Positions 18,285-27,661 of a DNA stretch of 64,000 bases are shown in pieces. A model generated the notes under the pieces. That model saw nothing but the letters and a program-made list of their open reading frames with translations. It made no database searches and was not told the DNA's origin. This DNA comes from a virus. Where the stretch lies: the IMG/VR virus record IMGVR_UViG_3300046740_000358, positions 11,173-75,172 of that record; one strand, given 5' to 3'. Both the position numbers and the translations under genes were made by a program. The number at the start of each line of letters is the position of its first letter. Within the stretch, counting starts at the first letter, position 1.

Positions 18285-20563
18285 CAGTATTCCTCGGCGG
18301 TGCTGAGGTTGCGGATCACTCGGGCGTTTTTGGTCTTGGCCTCGTCGCGGACCTGGGCGGCCACCCGCTGGGCGAACCGCTCGACGTCGGCGGGCTTCAT
18401 GGGATCGCCCTCGAACTTGAGATCGCCGAAGGTGAAGTGCTGGTCAATCTTGGTGTCGCCGCCGAGTTTGGACTTGACCAAGTCCAGCATCGCCTGGGGA
18501 GGAGCGTTGGCGGAGCCGCCGTAGGCCGCTCCCTGCATCCCGCCGACGCCGCCCAGCATGGAAGCGATGTCGATGCCGCTGCCCCCGCCGAACTTCCCGA
18601 ACATCTCCTGGAGGCCCGCGACCAGCCCGGTCTTCTTTTCGTCTGCCAGCGCCGACGGGCGGAACCCGGGGCCCTCGGCGGTACCAGCCGCCGGCAGCGC
18701 CCCGCGGGGGGCGTACGGGCTATTCCACGCCCCCTGGGGGCCGGTGTCCTGGCCAGGCAGGCGGACGCCGTCTCCCGCCGCCAGTTCCGCTTTCTCCGAG
18801 AACGTCGGCAGGGTCACCAGCCCGGTGGCGTTCATGGTCTCGGCGAAGGAGTTCCACGCGGCCTTCATCTTGGCCACGAGGTCGTCGAAGTGCGTTCCGA
18901 TCGACACGATGGCCGCGAGGATGGGTCCGAAGACCGGGATGTTCACCAAGAACGCGGCGAAGGACATCCAGTTCTCGCGCATGAAGCCGGTGACCGCCTG
19001 CCAGTTCTGCCACAGCAGGTAGACCGTCGCGCCGGCGGCCAGCAGCGCGGCGATCACCAGGTAGACAGGCGACGCCACCAGCAGGAACGCTGCGGCCGCC
19101 TGCAGGGACGCCACCAGCGCCGCCGCCTTGAATGCGATGAGCACGCCGGCCAACGTCGACACCACCGTGATGACGCCGACGATCGCCACCTGGGCGGCCG
19201 CGCCGAACTCGCTCCAGTGATCCTGGAGGTACCCGACGACCTTGATGGCGCCGTAGATGGCCGCGCCCAGCAGCAGGACCGGGGCGAGAATCCGCGCCAT
19301 GCTGAAAACGGCCGCGAGCGCCGTGCGCACGAACGCGAAGCGCAGCGCGGCCAGGCCCAGTACCAATGTCCCGAGCACGGTCTTGGCCAGCCACAGACCC
19401 GCCGGCCCGAGCTCGGTCACGATCATGCCGGTGACTGACTCCCCCCCCGTGTAGAACGTGTAGAGGTCCTCGGCGATCAGCCCGATGGCCACCAGCAGAG
19501 CCCCGGTGAAGAGGCGCTTGAGGTTCATCAGGCTGTAGACCAGCAGCCCCACGCCCTTGGCCACCTTCTCGAAGGCCAGCCCCGCCATCGCGAACCCCAA
19601 CAGGACCGCCGTCGCCTTCACCGCCATCATCGCGGTGTCCGACTTCAGGAACCACTCCACCAGCGCGGCCACACTCTCCACCGCCTGGGTGACCATACCG
19701 CCGATGCTGTTGCCGACATCGACGACCCGCTTCCCCAGCGCGGTCATCGCTCCGTCCGCCGTGAAGAACGCGGCGTTGAGCTTGGCGATCCCGCGCTTCA
19801 TGCCCTCGAACAGCACCTCGCCCCCGCGGCGGGTGAGCATCTTGGCTGCCGAGATGATCGCGCCCTTCATGGCGTCGAAACTCGAGGCGGACCGCTTCAG
19901 CATCGGGTCGAGCTTGGAGAAACTGGCCTTGAACAACTCGAGCCGCTCGGGAGCGGTCATCTTGTTGAAGGATTCCTGGGTCAGTTTCGCCTGCCCCTGG
20001 ACCTGACGCAGGAACGGCAGGAACCGCTTGAACAGGATGTTGATGCGGGTGGCGTGACCTTGGCCAGCGACGAACAATTCCTGCATCTCGCGGGCGGCCA
20101 CCTGGTGCGGCACCTTCAAGGTGTGCCCGATGGCGGCCAGCTTGTTGGTGAACTCGGTAATCTGCTCGACCTTCCAATCGGGCACGGCGTCCTTGATGAC
20201 CGGGAGCCCGCCGCGGAACATCTCGATGTATTCGTCAGCCTCGCCCGGGAGGAGCGCCGCATCACGGATGATCTGGTCCATCGTCGTCGCGGCTTCCTTC
20301 ATGCCCGCGTTGAAGTCGCTGGAGATGCCGAGGGCGTCGAAGAACCCGGCCAGCGCGATGGTGTTCTGCTCGTATTCGTCGCTGATGTTGGCGATCGCCT
20401 TGACGGCCAGCCCGCCCAGGACGGCGCCGGCGGCCGCGCCGTAGGTCAGGAGTTGCGTCGAAGCCTCCTCGGCTCGCTTCTTGAAGGTCTCAAGGCCGGA
20501 GAAGTCCGGCGCGAAGCCCAGGGCGATGAACAGGCTGTCGATGATCGTGCCGCCGACAGGCAT
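18284..20563 (-). CDS. tape measure protein
   Basis: 759 aa; IIDSLFIALGF N-terminus, hydrophobic/aromatic repeats; follows the chaperones. Confidence 0.9.
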   Translation of the reverse strand: MPVGGTIIDSLFIALGFAPDFSGLETFKKRAEEASTQLLTYGAAAGAVLGGLAVKAIANISDEYEQNTIALAGFFDALGISSDFNAGMKEAATTMDQIIRDAALLPGEADEYIEMFRGGLPVIKDAVPDWKVEQITEFTNKLAAIGHTLKVPHQVAAREMQELFVAGQGHATRINILFKRFLPFLRQVQGQAKLTQESFNKMTAPERLELFKASFSKLDPMLKRSASSFDAMKGAIISAAKMLTRRGGEVLFEGMKRGIAKLNAAFFTADGAMTALGKRVVDVGNSIGGMVTQAVESVAALVEWFLKSDTAMMAVKATAVLLGFAMAGLAFEKVAKGVGLLVYSLMNLKRLFTGALLVAIGLIAEDLYTFYTGGESVTGMIVTELGPAGLWLAKTVLGTLVLGLAALRFAFVRTALAAVFSMARILAPVLLLGAAIYGAIKVVGYLQDHWSEFGAAAQVAIVGVITVVSTLAGVLIAFKAAALVASLQAAAAFLLVASPVYLVIAALLAAGATVYLLWQNWQAVTGFMRENWMSFAAFLVNIPVFGPILAAIVSIGTHFDDLVAKMKAAWNSFAETMNATGLVTLPTFSEKAELAAGDGVRLPGQDTGPQGAWNSPYAPRGALPAAGTAEGPGFRPSALADEKKTGLVAGLQEMFGKFGGGSGIDIASMLGGVGGMQGAAYGGSANAPPQAMLDLVKSKLGGDTKIDQHFTFGDLKFEGDPMKPADVERFAQRVAAQVRDEAKTKNARVIRNLSTAEEY

Positions 20564-20826
20564 CAGTGCTTCTCCTTGGCTTTGCGCTGGCGCTCCATCT
20601 CGACCCGATACCTCCTATGGTACTCCGCTTCCTCGTCCATCAGTTCCCAGAAGTCCGCCAAGTGGTTGATGGTGTAGGTCCCGTCGAGGAGTTCCCTCCG
20701 GCTGCACAGCGGCGGGTCGCGCGCGATGACGCGCATGATTCGCCAGTCGATGTTGGCCGAGACGATCGGCTTGATGTCTACGTCAGGGGGAGCGGGCTCG
20801 AAGGCGAGTCCGCGTCGGAGAAAAAA
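20563..20826 (-). CDS. C-terminal (GT) part of frameshifted tail assembly chaperone
   Basis: -1 frame gives FLRRGLAFEP..IDWRIMR..ELLDGTYTINHLADF, ending at the TMP start. Confidence 0.7.
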   Translation of the reverse strand, partial: FFLRRGLAFEPAPPDVDIKPIVSANIDWRIMRVIARDPPLCSRRELLDGTYTINHLADFWELMDEEAEYHRRYRVEMERQRKAKEKH

Positions 20827-21287
20827 TCGCGGTAATTCTCCCGCAGAGCGGGGAGCAAGACCTGCCACACGAGTTTGGGCCGCCCGCCGAAGACGGTCTG
20901 AAACATGGCGCTGTCCGCCAAGGGGGCGTGTGAGGCGTTCCCCTTCCCCGGCTCCCGCTCGGCGGTGACGTGCGCGAACACCGTCTTGACGATGGCCAAG
21001 TATTCGTTCGGGTCTGCCGTCTGCAGGATCGTCGAGATGGCCTTGAGCGCGCTGGCGCCGCTGGCCTCGTCGGCAGAGAACATCTCCATGACCTGGGCCA
21101 GTGTCAACTTCCGGACGTCCCCCTGTTGGGAGGAGAACGCGATCAGGAGGCGAAAGGCCGTCTCCCCGATCTGCTTGACGATGCGAAGGGAAATGAGAAA
21201 GGACGTCTCCGCCGGCATCACGCCGAACGAAAACGTCCTCCCACCGATGGTCTCTTGGGGTGCGCTCATGGACACCAGCGTATCCAC
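20778..21287 (-). CDS. tail assembly chaperone
   Basis: Lies between tube and TMP; ends LRENYRDFFSD. Confidence 0.8.
   Translation of the reverse strand: MDTLVSMSAPQETIGGRTFSFGVMPAETSFLISLRIVKQIGETAFRLLIAFSSQQGDVRKLTLAQVMEMFSADEASGASALKAISTILQTADPNEYLAIVKTVFAHVTAEREPGKGNASHAPLADSAMFQTVFGGRPKLVWQVLLPALRENYRDFFSDADSPSSPLPLT
20820..20826 (-). other. programmed -1 frameshift slippery site T TTT TTC
   Basis: XXXYYYZ heptamer in GAT TTT TTC links the chaperone to the downstream -1 frame. Confidence 0.75.
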
Positions 21288-21314
21288 GAACGCTCCCCAT
21301 GGTCAAACCAGCCC

Positions 21315-21758
21315 CTACAGGTCGAAGATCGACGCCCCGCCGTAGGTGTGGTCGGTGCGCTCGATGACGAGGGTCCATTCCATGTCGCTGGGCTTCTCGC
21401 CGCGGCCGAAATCGGCGGGCTTCTTGATGTAGCCCACCGTCCCGATCGCCACGTCCTGGAGGGCCTGGTCCTTGGCGTAGAAGCGGATCGGGACGAAGGT
21501 CGCCGGCCCGCCCTCTTGGAGTTCGCACAGCGTCCCCAGGTAGGTGTTCGAAGCGCTGTCGGCGGCGAACTTGAAGGTCACCTCGCCGCTGCGATCGCGG
21601 CTGCGAAAGACGGTCATGCGACCGTCCGCCCCCACCTCGTCGCTGAATGAATCGGTGCGTCGCTTGACGGTGACGACGTCGTCGCCCTTGGCGAACCCCC
21701 CGAGCGTCACCCCGTTGAGGATCCACGTCCAGGAGGCAAAGTCATATGGCATTTTCAT
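21315..21758 (-). CDS. tail tube protein (DUF3277-like)
   Basis: YDF..GFAKGDD..VGADG..SGEVTF..SASNTYL; follows the sheath. Confidence 0.85.
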   Translation of the reverse strand: MKMPYDFASWTWILNGVTLGGFAKGDDVVTVKRRTDSFSDEVGADGRMTVFRSRDRSGEVTFKFAADSASNTYLGTLCELQEGGPATFVPIRFYAKDQALQDVAIGTVGYIKKPADFGRGEKPSDMEWTLVIERTDHTYGGASIFDL

Positions 21759-21788
21759 TGGTCAGGTCTCCTTGGAGGAAGGTCCGTT

Positions 21789-23279
21789 TCAGCGGTCGAA
21801 GACGAAGGTGATGGCCGCGCCGTGGAAGGCGCCAGCGCCCTTGGCGGCGATGGTGATGGGCGGGGTGATGCGGATCGCCCGGTCCGATACCGACTGAGTC
21901 GCCATCGGCTCCATGCGCAGGCGGTAGCCGGTCTTCATGAACTCGCCCTGGGTGACGAGGTTGGCGATCGAAGCGCTGAGCCACGTGCCGGGGGCGAAGA
22001 ACCCGTTTCTCACGAACTTCTCGCAGGCCGGGATCGCCCCCTGCAAGACCTGCTGGCCGCCCGCGTCGGTCTGCTTGACCTTGGTGGTTGGGGTCGCCAG
22101 CGCGGTGAAGACGCCGTTCTGGACCTCGGCCGAGAAGGCGTCGAGGCCAAAGCGCTCGTCCGAAAACACCCCGTCGGCCATCTTGCCGTTCTCGAGCTCG
22201 TTGAGCCCGGTCGCGCCCGGGGCCGCGCGGGTGACGTAGAAGTTCCCGTTTTTGGCCTTCATCGCCGCGATCTGGGTGGGGGTCAGGTTGCTCGCCGTGA
22301 CGCCCGGGAGCTGCTTGAACATCAGCGTCCCCATGCCGTCGATCGCGTTCAGGTTGGTCACCTGCTCGCGCGCCATCGCCGACACCGCCGCGTAGGGCGT
22401 CTCCTGGTAGAGCACGAACGTGTAGCCGTACGATGTCGCCTGGGCGTAGTACATCAGGTCGGTGGTCGACGCCGGGTCGTAGCAGGTGACGTCCGGCGTG
22501 GTGCACCAGAACTTGATCTTGTTGGTCTGGCAGAACGCCATGCAGTCCTTGTTGTCCTGCACGCTGTTCTGCTGGGGAATGGCCAGGCCGTACCAACCGG
22601 CATCGAGCGCCAGCGTGGCGGTCAGGCTGGCGGTCATCGACTCGATGGCGATGCCGTCGACCTTGCGGGCGCCCGTGGTCACGGTGATCTGCAGGAGCGC
22701 CGTGATGTCCACCGGGGCGCCGCCGCCGGTGGGAGCCACCGCGTACGACACGAGGCTGGTCGCGCCGGTGGTGGGGCTGTTGATGACGAAGCGCCCGTTG
22801 GTGAACGTGCACGTCGTCGAGGCGAGGCCCGCGGCGAGCTTGGTCTGAATCAGCGCCGCGACGGCCGCCATGCTGGCCGCGCCCGACAGGTTCAAGGCCG
22901 TGACCTGGATCAGGGTGGCGTTCACCGTGATGTCGAACCCGCCGTTGGTGATCGCGGTGTACGAGGCCAGCACCTGGGTCACGCCGCCGCTCAGCAACTT
23001 GCCCGACTGCGCGGTCAAGAACTGACGACCGATCTTGAACGGACCCGCCGGCCGCGGGATCTGCGCGTAGTACATGTTGGTCGCGAGGTACTCCTCGCTG
23101 GTCGCCGAGAAGCCCGCGGCGGTGGCGTCCGACGGCTGGGCGGTGATCAGCACCCGCGACTCGAGGGGAAGGACGGTGGACCGCCCGACGAACATGCCGG
23201 CGCCGAACCCCTGCACGCCGGGAGGGATCGCCGAGGCAAGCACGGTGACGGGGACGATCGAATCAAGGGTGACGCTCAT
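21789..23279 (-). CDS. tail sheath protein (DUF3383)
   Basis: 496 aa; SEEYLA, TLMFKQLPGV, KVKQTDAG and AGAFH. Confidence 0.9.
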   Translation of the reverse strand: MSVTLDSIVPVTVLASAIPPGVQGFGAGMFVGRSTVLPLESRVLITAQPSDATAAGFSATSEEYLATNMYYAQIPRPAGPFKIGRQFLTAQSGKLLSGGVTQVLASYTAITNGGFDITVNATLIQVTALNLSGAASMAAVAALIQTKLAAGLASTTCTFTNGRFVINSPTTGATSLVSYAVAPTGGGAPVDITALLQITVTTGARKVDGIAIESMTASLTATLALDAGWYGLAIPQQNSVQDNKDCMAFCQTNKIKFWCTTPDVTCYDPASTTDLMYYAQATSYGYTFVLYQETPYAAVSAMAREQVTNLNAIDGMGTLMFKQLPGVTASNLTPTQIAAMKAKNGNFYVTRAAPGATGLNELENGKMADGVFSDERFGLDAFSAEVQNGVFTALATPTTKVKQTDAGGQQVLQGAIPACEKFVRNGFFAPGTWLSASIANLVTQGEFMKTGYRLRMEPMATQSVSDRAIRITPPITIAAKGAGAFHGAAITFVFDR

Positions 23280-23291
23280 GGGCTTACCTCA

Positions 23292-23945
23292 TCAAGGGGT
23301 GATTGTTTTCGTGGTGACGCCGCCGGCCGGGTTCTCGACCGTGATGCCGGTGCTGCCGAGCGAAGCGAAGGTGGAGACGGGAGCATTCTCGGACGCGATC
23401 ACGGAGATGTACAGATCCACCTGCCCGCGGCTCTCGCGGTGGGCGTCGGCGATGCCCGACAGGTTGCGCGCCTTGCTGGCCCCGATGAAGCCGATGTTCG
23501 CCGCGCGCAGCAACTCCGCGAACGTGGTCAGGCGCAGGCGTAGGGGCAGCCGCTTCGCTCGGTCGTAGGCCGCCGTCGTGAAGACGGGCAGCCCCTCGTC
23601 GTCGGCCGCCGGCGCCTTGCCCCGAAAGAAATTGACCGACACGGTCAGGTACTGCTGGACCGTCACGGCCTCGAGCTCGGAGCCGTCCTCCTGGGTGGCG
23701 TTGACGGCCTCCGGGATCGCGGCGTCTTCGTTGTCGATGAACGTGAAGGTCGCGAACTCCTCGCCGACGTTCCCGGTCGGCGCGTCCTGGCCCGCCCACC
23801 GCACGCTGTTCGGCGCCATCTCCATGGCCGCCTCGATGATGTCGCCGATGGCGCGGCCCAGCCGGTCAGACCCGGGGACCTCGAGCCCGACGGGGGGCTC
23901 GCCGCCGTAGTCGGAGGCCCAGCCCTCTTGCCATGCGGTGGTCAT
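23292..23945 (-). CDS. tail terminator / neck protein
   Basis: VRWAGQDAP, VSVNFFRG and ESRGQVDL; directly upstream of the sheath. Confidence 0.7.
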   Translation of the reverse strand: MTTAWQEGWASDYGGEPPVGLEVPGSDRLGRAIGDIIEAAMEMAPNSVRWAGQDAPTGNVGEEFATFTFIDNEDAAIPEAVNATQEDGSELEAVTVQQYLTVSVNFFRGKAPAADDEGLPVFTTAAYDRAKRLPLRLRLTTFAELLRAANIGFIGASKARNLSGIADAHRESRGQVDLYISVIASENAPVSTFASLGSTGITVENPAGGVTTKTITP

Positions 23946-24244
23946 GCGGGAACCCACTTCCCCTCGCGGATGAAACCGTGATGCCCGCACGTCGTGCAGA
24001 GCACGGAGGGGGACAACGTCAGGGGCTCCTCGCTCTCGACGGCCCACGATGGCCTCGTGGTGGTGTCGTTGAGCGGGATGCGAAGGCGCACGTACCCAGA
24101 GCATCGCGCTCCGGCATTATCGTCATGCTCCTCGATGAGCCCGACCACCTGGCCCTCGTAGACCATGGGGATGAGCGTCACTCCGTGGCCGATGTCGATC
24201 TTGCCCTTCTTCTGGTTCTCCAGAACGAGGTAGTCGAGGCTCAT
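23942..24244 (-). CDS. DUF6527-like metal-binding protein
   Basis: W..EPLTLSPSVLC..CGHHGFIREGKW; ATGA coupled on both sides. Confidence 0.65.
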   Translation of the reverse strand: MSLDYLVLENQKKGKIDIGHGVTLIPMVYEGQVVGLIEEHDDNAGARCSGYVRLRIPLNDTTTRPSWAVESEEPLTLSPSVLCTTCGHHGFIREGKWVPA

Positions 24245-24609
24245 GCTGACCTCGGAGGCAAGAAGCCCTCGGCGACGGCGTAGGTGTACCCGTGGGCCTG
24301 CCACGCCTCGGCCTTCATGACCCGGTAGTGCTTGTCCCCGTCGATCACCACGTCCGACAGGACCGCGGCCCCGTCGCCCTTGCGGATCGCGGTGGCGCTC
24401 CAGATCTCCACCAGTTCCGTGGAGCGCTCGCCCTCGGCCATCTGCTCGATGGTCTCCGGCGACGCCGGCTGGATGATGCCCACGGCGGGGATCTCGTCGT
24501 ACCCCTGGACGCGGAACGCTCTCGAGGCGTCGAAGTCCCCGCGGGGTCGCTTGATCGTGAATGACCGGGCGAAGTCCGGATCGGTCATCATCTCCGAAAC
24601 GTCGATCAC
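24241..24609 (-). CDS. head closure/head-tail joining protein
   Basis: IDVSEMMTDPDF..GIIQPAS..EGER; position in the neck region. Confidence 0.75.
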   Translation of the reverse strand: MIDVSEMMTDPDFARSFTIKRPRGDFDASRAFRVQGYDEIPAVGIIQPASPETIEQMAEGERSTELVEIWSATAIRKGDGAAVLSDVVIDGDKHYRVMKAEAWQAHGYTYAVAEGFLPPRSA

Positions 24610-25058
24610 GGCGTCACCTGGTAGGTCACGGTCTGCAGCACTTGCGACGTGTCGATCAGGGGCTTGCTCGACCCCTTACGTCGGATGGTCGACGGGGCGT
24701 TGGGCACCCACGGCCCAGCCACGATCGCCCGCTGGACCTCGCTCTTGCCGTACTCGCCCAGCAGGCCCAGCGCGCGCGATGCCGCCATGCGACCGTCGAT
24801 CACGCCCTTCAGGTTGGCCTTGTTGAGCGCGCGGACCCCGGGCTGCGCCCGCTTGATGCCCGTGCGCAGCGCCGGCCGCTCCGGGATGGTCTCGGTCCCG
24901 AACTCGTTCCACGCGGCCACCTGAGCGACCGACGTCCCGTCAGCGTACTTCGGGCCCTGGGCCCAGCCGATCTTCACGGTGGCGTGCGCCAGCGCGCGCA
25001 AGCGAGCCTCCACGGCGCCCAGGCCGGGGAGTTTCGAGCTTTGTGCATTGGTGCGCAT
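24606..25058 (-). CDS. neck/tail completion protein
   Basis: VAAWNEFGTETIPERP, PNAPSTIRRKGSSKPLIDT. Confidence 0.8.
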   Translation of the reverse strand: MRTNAQSSKLPGLGAVEARLRALAHATVKIGWAQGPKYADGTSVAQVAAWNEFGTETIPERPALRTGIKRAQPGVRALNKANLKGVIDGRMAASRALGLLGEYGKSEVQRAIVAGPWVPNAPSTIRRKGSSKPLIDTSQVLQTVTYQVTP

Positions 25059-25060
25059 GG

Positions 25061-25447
25061 TCAACAGACCGGAGCCGCGAGCGTCGAGCCGCCGAAGACG
25101 AGCTCGACGAGGTAGGTGTACCGCTGGCCGAACCGGGTCCAGCCGTACGGGTTGTTCATGTTGGCCAAGATGACCTGGGCATCGCGCTGGACCAGCACCC
25201 GCCCGACTTGCTTCATCGTCTCGGTCCCGCTGGCGGCGCCGACCGCGCCGACGGTCGCCAAGATCTTGTTGGCCACCAGCCGGTCAGCTACCCAGTTGGT
25301 GACGCCCTCGACGTAGAAGGTGCCCCACTCGGTGACCGACAGGTAGGTAGCCGACGCGGTCAGAGCGGCCTGCACCGTCGGGTCCGGCCACTCCGTGACC
25401 GAATCGAACAGCGGTGTCATGGCCGCCCTGAATTCCGCGACGGTCAT
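25061..25447 (-). CDS. head-tail adaptor (DUF4054-like)
   Basis: MTVAEFRA..WPD..TRFGQRY. Confidence 0.75.
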   Translation of the reverse strand: MTVAEFRAAMTPLFDSVTEWPDPTVQAALTASATYLSVTEWGTFYVEGVTNWVADRLVANKILATVGAVGAASGTETMKQVGRVLVQRDAQVILANMNNPYGWTRFGQRYTYLVELVFGGSTLAAPVC

Positions 25448-25449
25448 GG

Positions 25450-25761
25450 TTACTTCTTGGGCTGCCCCTTGTCGGCTTCCTTGCCCTCGGTAACCGCCTC
25501 GACCACCAGTTGCGGGCGGCCGCGGTGATCGTTCTTCAGCCACGACGCCGTGACCGGGTGGCCCTTCATCCGCTCGATGACGGCCGAGTCGACCTCGACC
25601 TCCCCGGGCGTCTCGATGCCGACGCCGTCCATCCCCGTCCGAATCCCAAGGCGAGGAAATTTGATGAGCCCCGACGCCGCGCCCCCGGGAGCCGCCGCAC
25701 TGCTGACGCCCGGGAGGTCGAAGTCGTGCTCCGCGAAGTTCTTGACGATCACTTTTGCCAT
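25450..25761 (-). CDS. small protein downstream of capsid
   Basis: AAGGAG RBS; MAKVIVKN...HPVTASWL. Confidence 0.65.
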   Translation of the reverse strand: MAKVIVKNFAEHDFDLPGVSSAAAPGGAASGLIKFPRLGIRTGMDGVGIETPGEVEVDSAVIERMKGHPVTASWLKNDHRGRPQLVVEAVTEGKEADKGQPKK

Positions 25762-25874
25762 GGGTCGGTCTCCTTGAAGTCTGGTCTCAGGCGGCGGCCG
25801 AGGACATTCGCGACCGCCACCTGTACGAGATTGGGCGACGAGGCCCGGAGCCGTCAAACCGGCCCCGGCTCCTG

Positions 25875-27002
25875 CTACGTGGTGCCGTCCATGTAGTACA
25901 TGTTGGTGACGCGCTTCACCTCGACACCGGAGAGGCGGAACTCGCCGGGGACCTTGACCTTGGTGTTCTCGAGTTGAGGCGCCAAGTAGGCCAGCGGCAT
26001 CGGGATGTGGAAGACGAGGGTGTCTTCGTTGTTGACGTAGAACGTCGTGCGCCCCGTCGAGCTCGCGCCGGCGGTGGCCGCGGCGAAGATCGGGAGGATG
26101 GTCAACGGCTTGTTGGTGCTGGCCGTGTAGATGTTGTTCTCCTGGAGGAACTTCAGGATCGTGATGTTCGTCGAGTTCGCCGTGTTCAACGGCGTGACGG
26201 ACAGGTACTGCCAAGCCAACTCGGGCAGGCCGACGGTGTCGGGCATCACGTTGAAGCCCGAGTTCGCGTAGACCTTCTGCATCCCGAAAGCGAAGTCGGT
26301 CAGGATCTCCGCCACGGAAGCGGCGGTACTGCCGCCGATGCCGGCCGCGCCGGTCCAGTTCTTCGTCGAAGGGGTGACGGCCGACGTCACGCCCGCGTTG
26401 TTCAGGAGTCCCGTGAGGGCCTTCGGGGTGTCGCCCAGCAGGCCGACGCGGTTGCAGAAGCGCTGGTACGCCTGCACCGACGCCTGGAACCGGCGCTCAG
26501 ACAGCGGCGCCTTCAGCAGGGCCGTCGTCCGGATCTCCTGCTGCGTGAACATGTACCCGACCTCGGCGCCGTGGATGTTGAAGGTCTTCTCCGACCAGGA
26601 CACGTCGGCGTTGCCCGTGTCGTTGGCCTGAGAGTCAGCCCACTTGGCCTGACCGACCTGGTCTTCGATCTGGTAGCGGATCGAGGTTGCCGCGGGCCCT
26701 GCTTCGCCCGTGATCGGCAGGAGCCGCGTGTACTGCATCGGCTCGTAGTACCGGGGCAGGATCTTGGCCTCGGTGTACGCGAGTTGCGAGACGAAGAAGG
26801 CATAGCCTTCCGCCGCGTCACCCGCGCGCGGGCGCCGGCGCAGCATCGCCTGCTGCTCGGACGGGCTCCCGACCACGGTGTACAGCAAGGGCCGGAACAT
26901 GGCGTCGAGGGCTTCGACGCGGTCCTGGTTCACCCACGCTTCCTTCAACTCGCCCGGGGCAAGCTGCTCGTCGGCGACCAGCACTCTCTTCAGGTTCTTC
27001 AT
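25875..27002 (-). CDS. major capsid protein (DUF2184 family)
   Basis: FFVSQLAYTE, GLLNNAGV, TILKFLQENN, IPMPL and YMDG. Confidence 0.92.
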   Translation of the reverse strand: MKNLKRVLVADEQLAPGELKEAWVNQDRVEALDAMFRPLLYTVVGSPSEQQAMLRRRPRAGDAAEGYAFFVSQLAYTEAKILPRYYEPMQYTRLLPITGEAGPAATSIRYQIEDQVGQAKWADSQANDTGNADVSWSEKTFNIHGAEVGYMFTQQEIRTTALLKAPLSERRFQASVQAYQRFCNRVGLLGDTPKALTGLLNNAGVTSAVTPSTKNWTGAAGIGGSTAASVAEILTDFAFGMQKVYANSGFNVMPDTVGLPELAWQYLSVTPLNTANSTNITILKFLQENNIYTASTNKPLTILPIFAAATAGASSTGRTTFYVNNEDTLVFHIPMPLAYLAPQLENTKVKVPGEFRLSGVEVKRVTNMYYMDGTT

Positions 27003-27052
27003 TTTGGTTGTCTTTCGCTTTGTGGTTGAAGGTGGTGGACTGGACCGGCCGA

Positions 27053-27604
27053 TTAGGTCGTGACGCGACCGCGGACGCCGAGGCCCTGGACGAGGAGACG
27101 CGCCAACGCGCCCGACGCCACCGTGTCGAGGTACTTCGAGTTCAAGAGAACGATGCGGCCCGTGGTGGCCACGCCGCCCTTGCTCGAGGCGAAGGCTCCG
27201 GCGGTGGCGTTGCCGGCGCCGCCCGCGGTGATGATCAGGCCCTCGTCGCCTTCGCGAACGGCCTCAGCGACCTGGACCCAGATGCAGCCCTCGATCAGGT
27301 ACGGGACGTTCTGGTACTGGGCGTACGACACCACGCCCGCCACCGAAGATGGCGCCACGATCGCGTTGCGAACGGAGATGCCCGCGTAGCGATCGCCGTC
27401 AGCCGCCCAGGGCTTGACCTGCTGGTCGGTACCAGCCGCCGGCGCCGCCGCTCCCGTCGCGGCGATTGCCACGCCGAAGTCGATGCCCGTCGCGCTGCTG
27501 TTGATTCCCGTGAGGACCCGCGCCGGGAACTGCGCCGAGATCATACCCGCGTAGGCGATCTCGAATTCCCGTCCGCCAGCCGTTGCCAAAGTCGCAAGTG
27601 CCAT
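27053..27604 (-). CDS. capsid decoration/cement protein
   Basis: AYAGMI..IDFGVAI..GISVR..EGCIWV; between protease and MCP. Confidence 0.75.
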   Translation of the reverse strand: MALATLATAGGREFEIAYAGMISAQFPARVLTGINSSATGIDFGVAIAATGAAAPAAGTDQQVKPWAADGDRYAGISVRNAIVAPSSVAGVVSYAQYQNVPYLIEGCIWVQVAEAVREGDEGLIITAGGAGNATAGAFASSKGGVATTGRIVLLNSKYLDTVASGALARLLVQGLGVRGRVTT

Positions 27605-27661
27605 TGCTCATTCTCCTTGTAGTGGGGCCCGTTGTCCGTTTCGTTTCGTGGAGCGCGGGCC

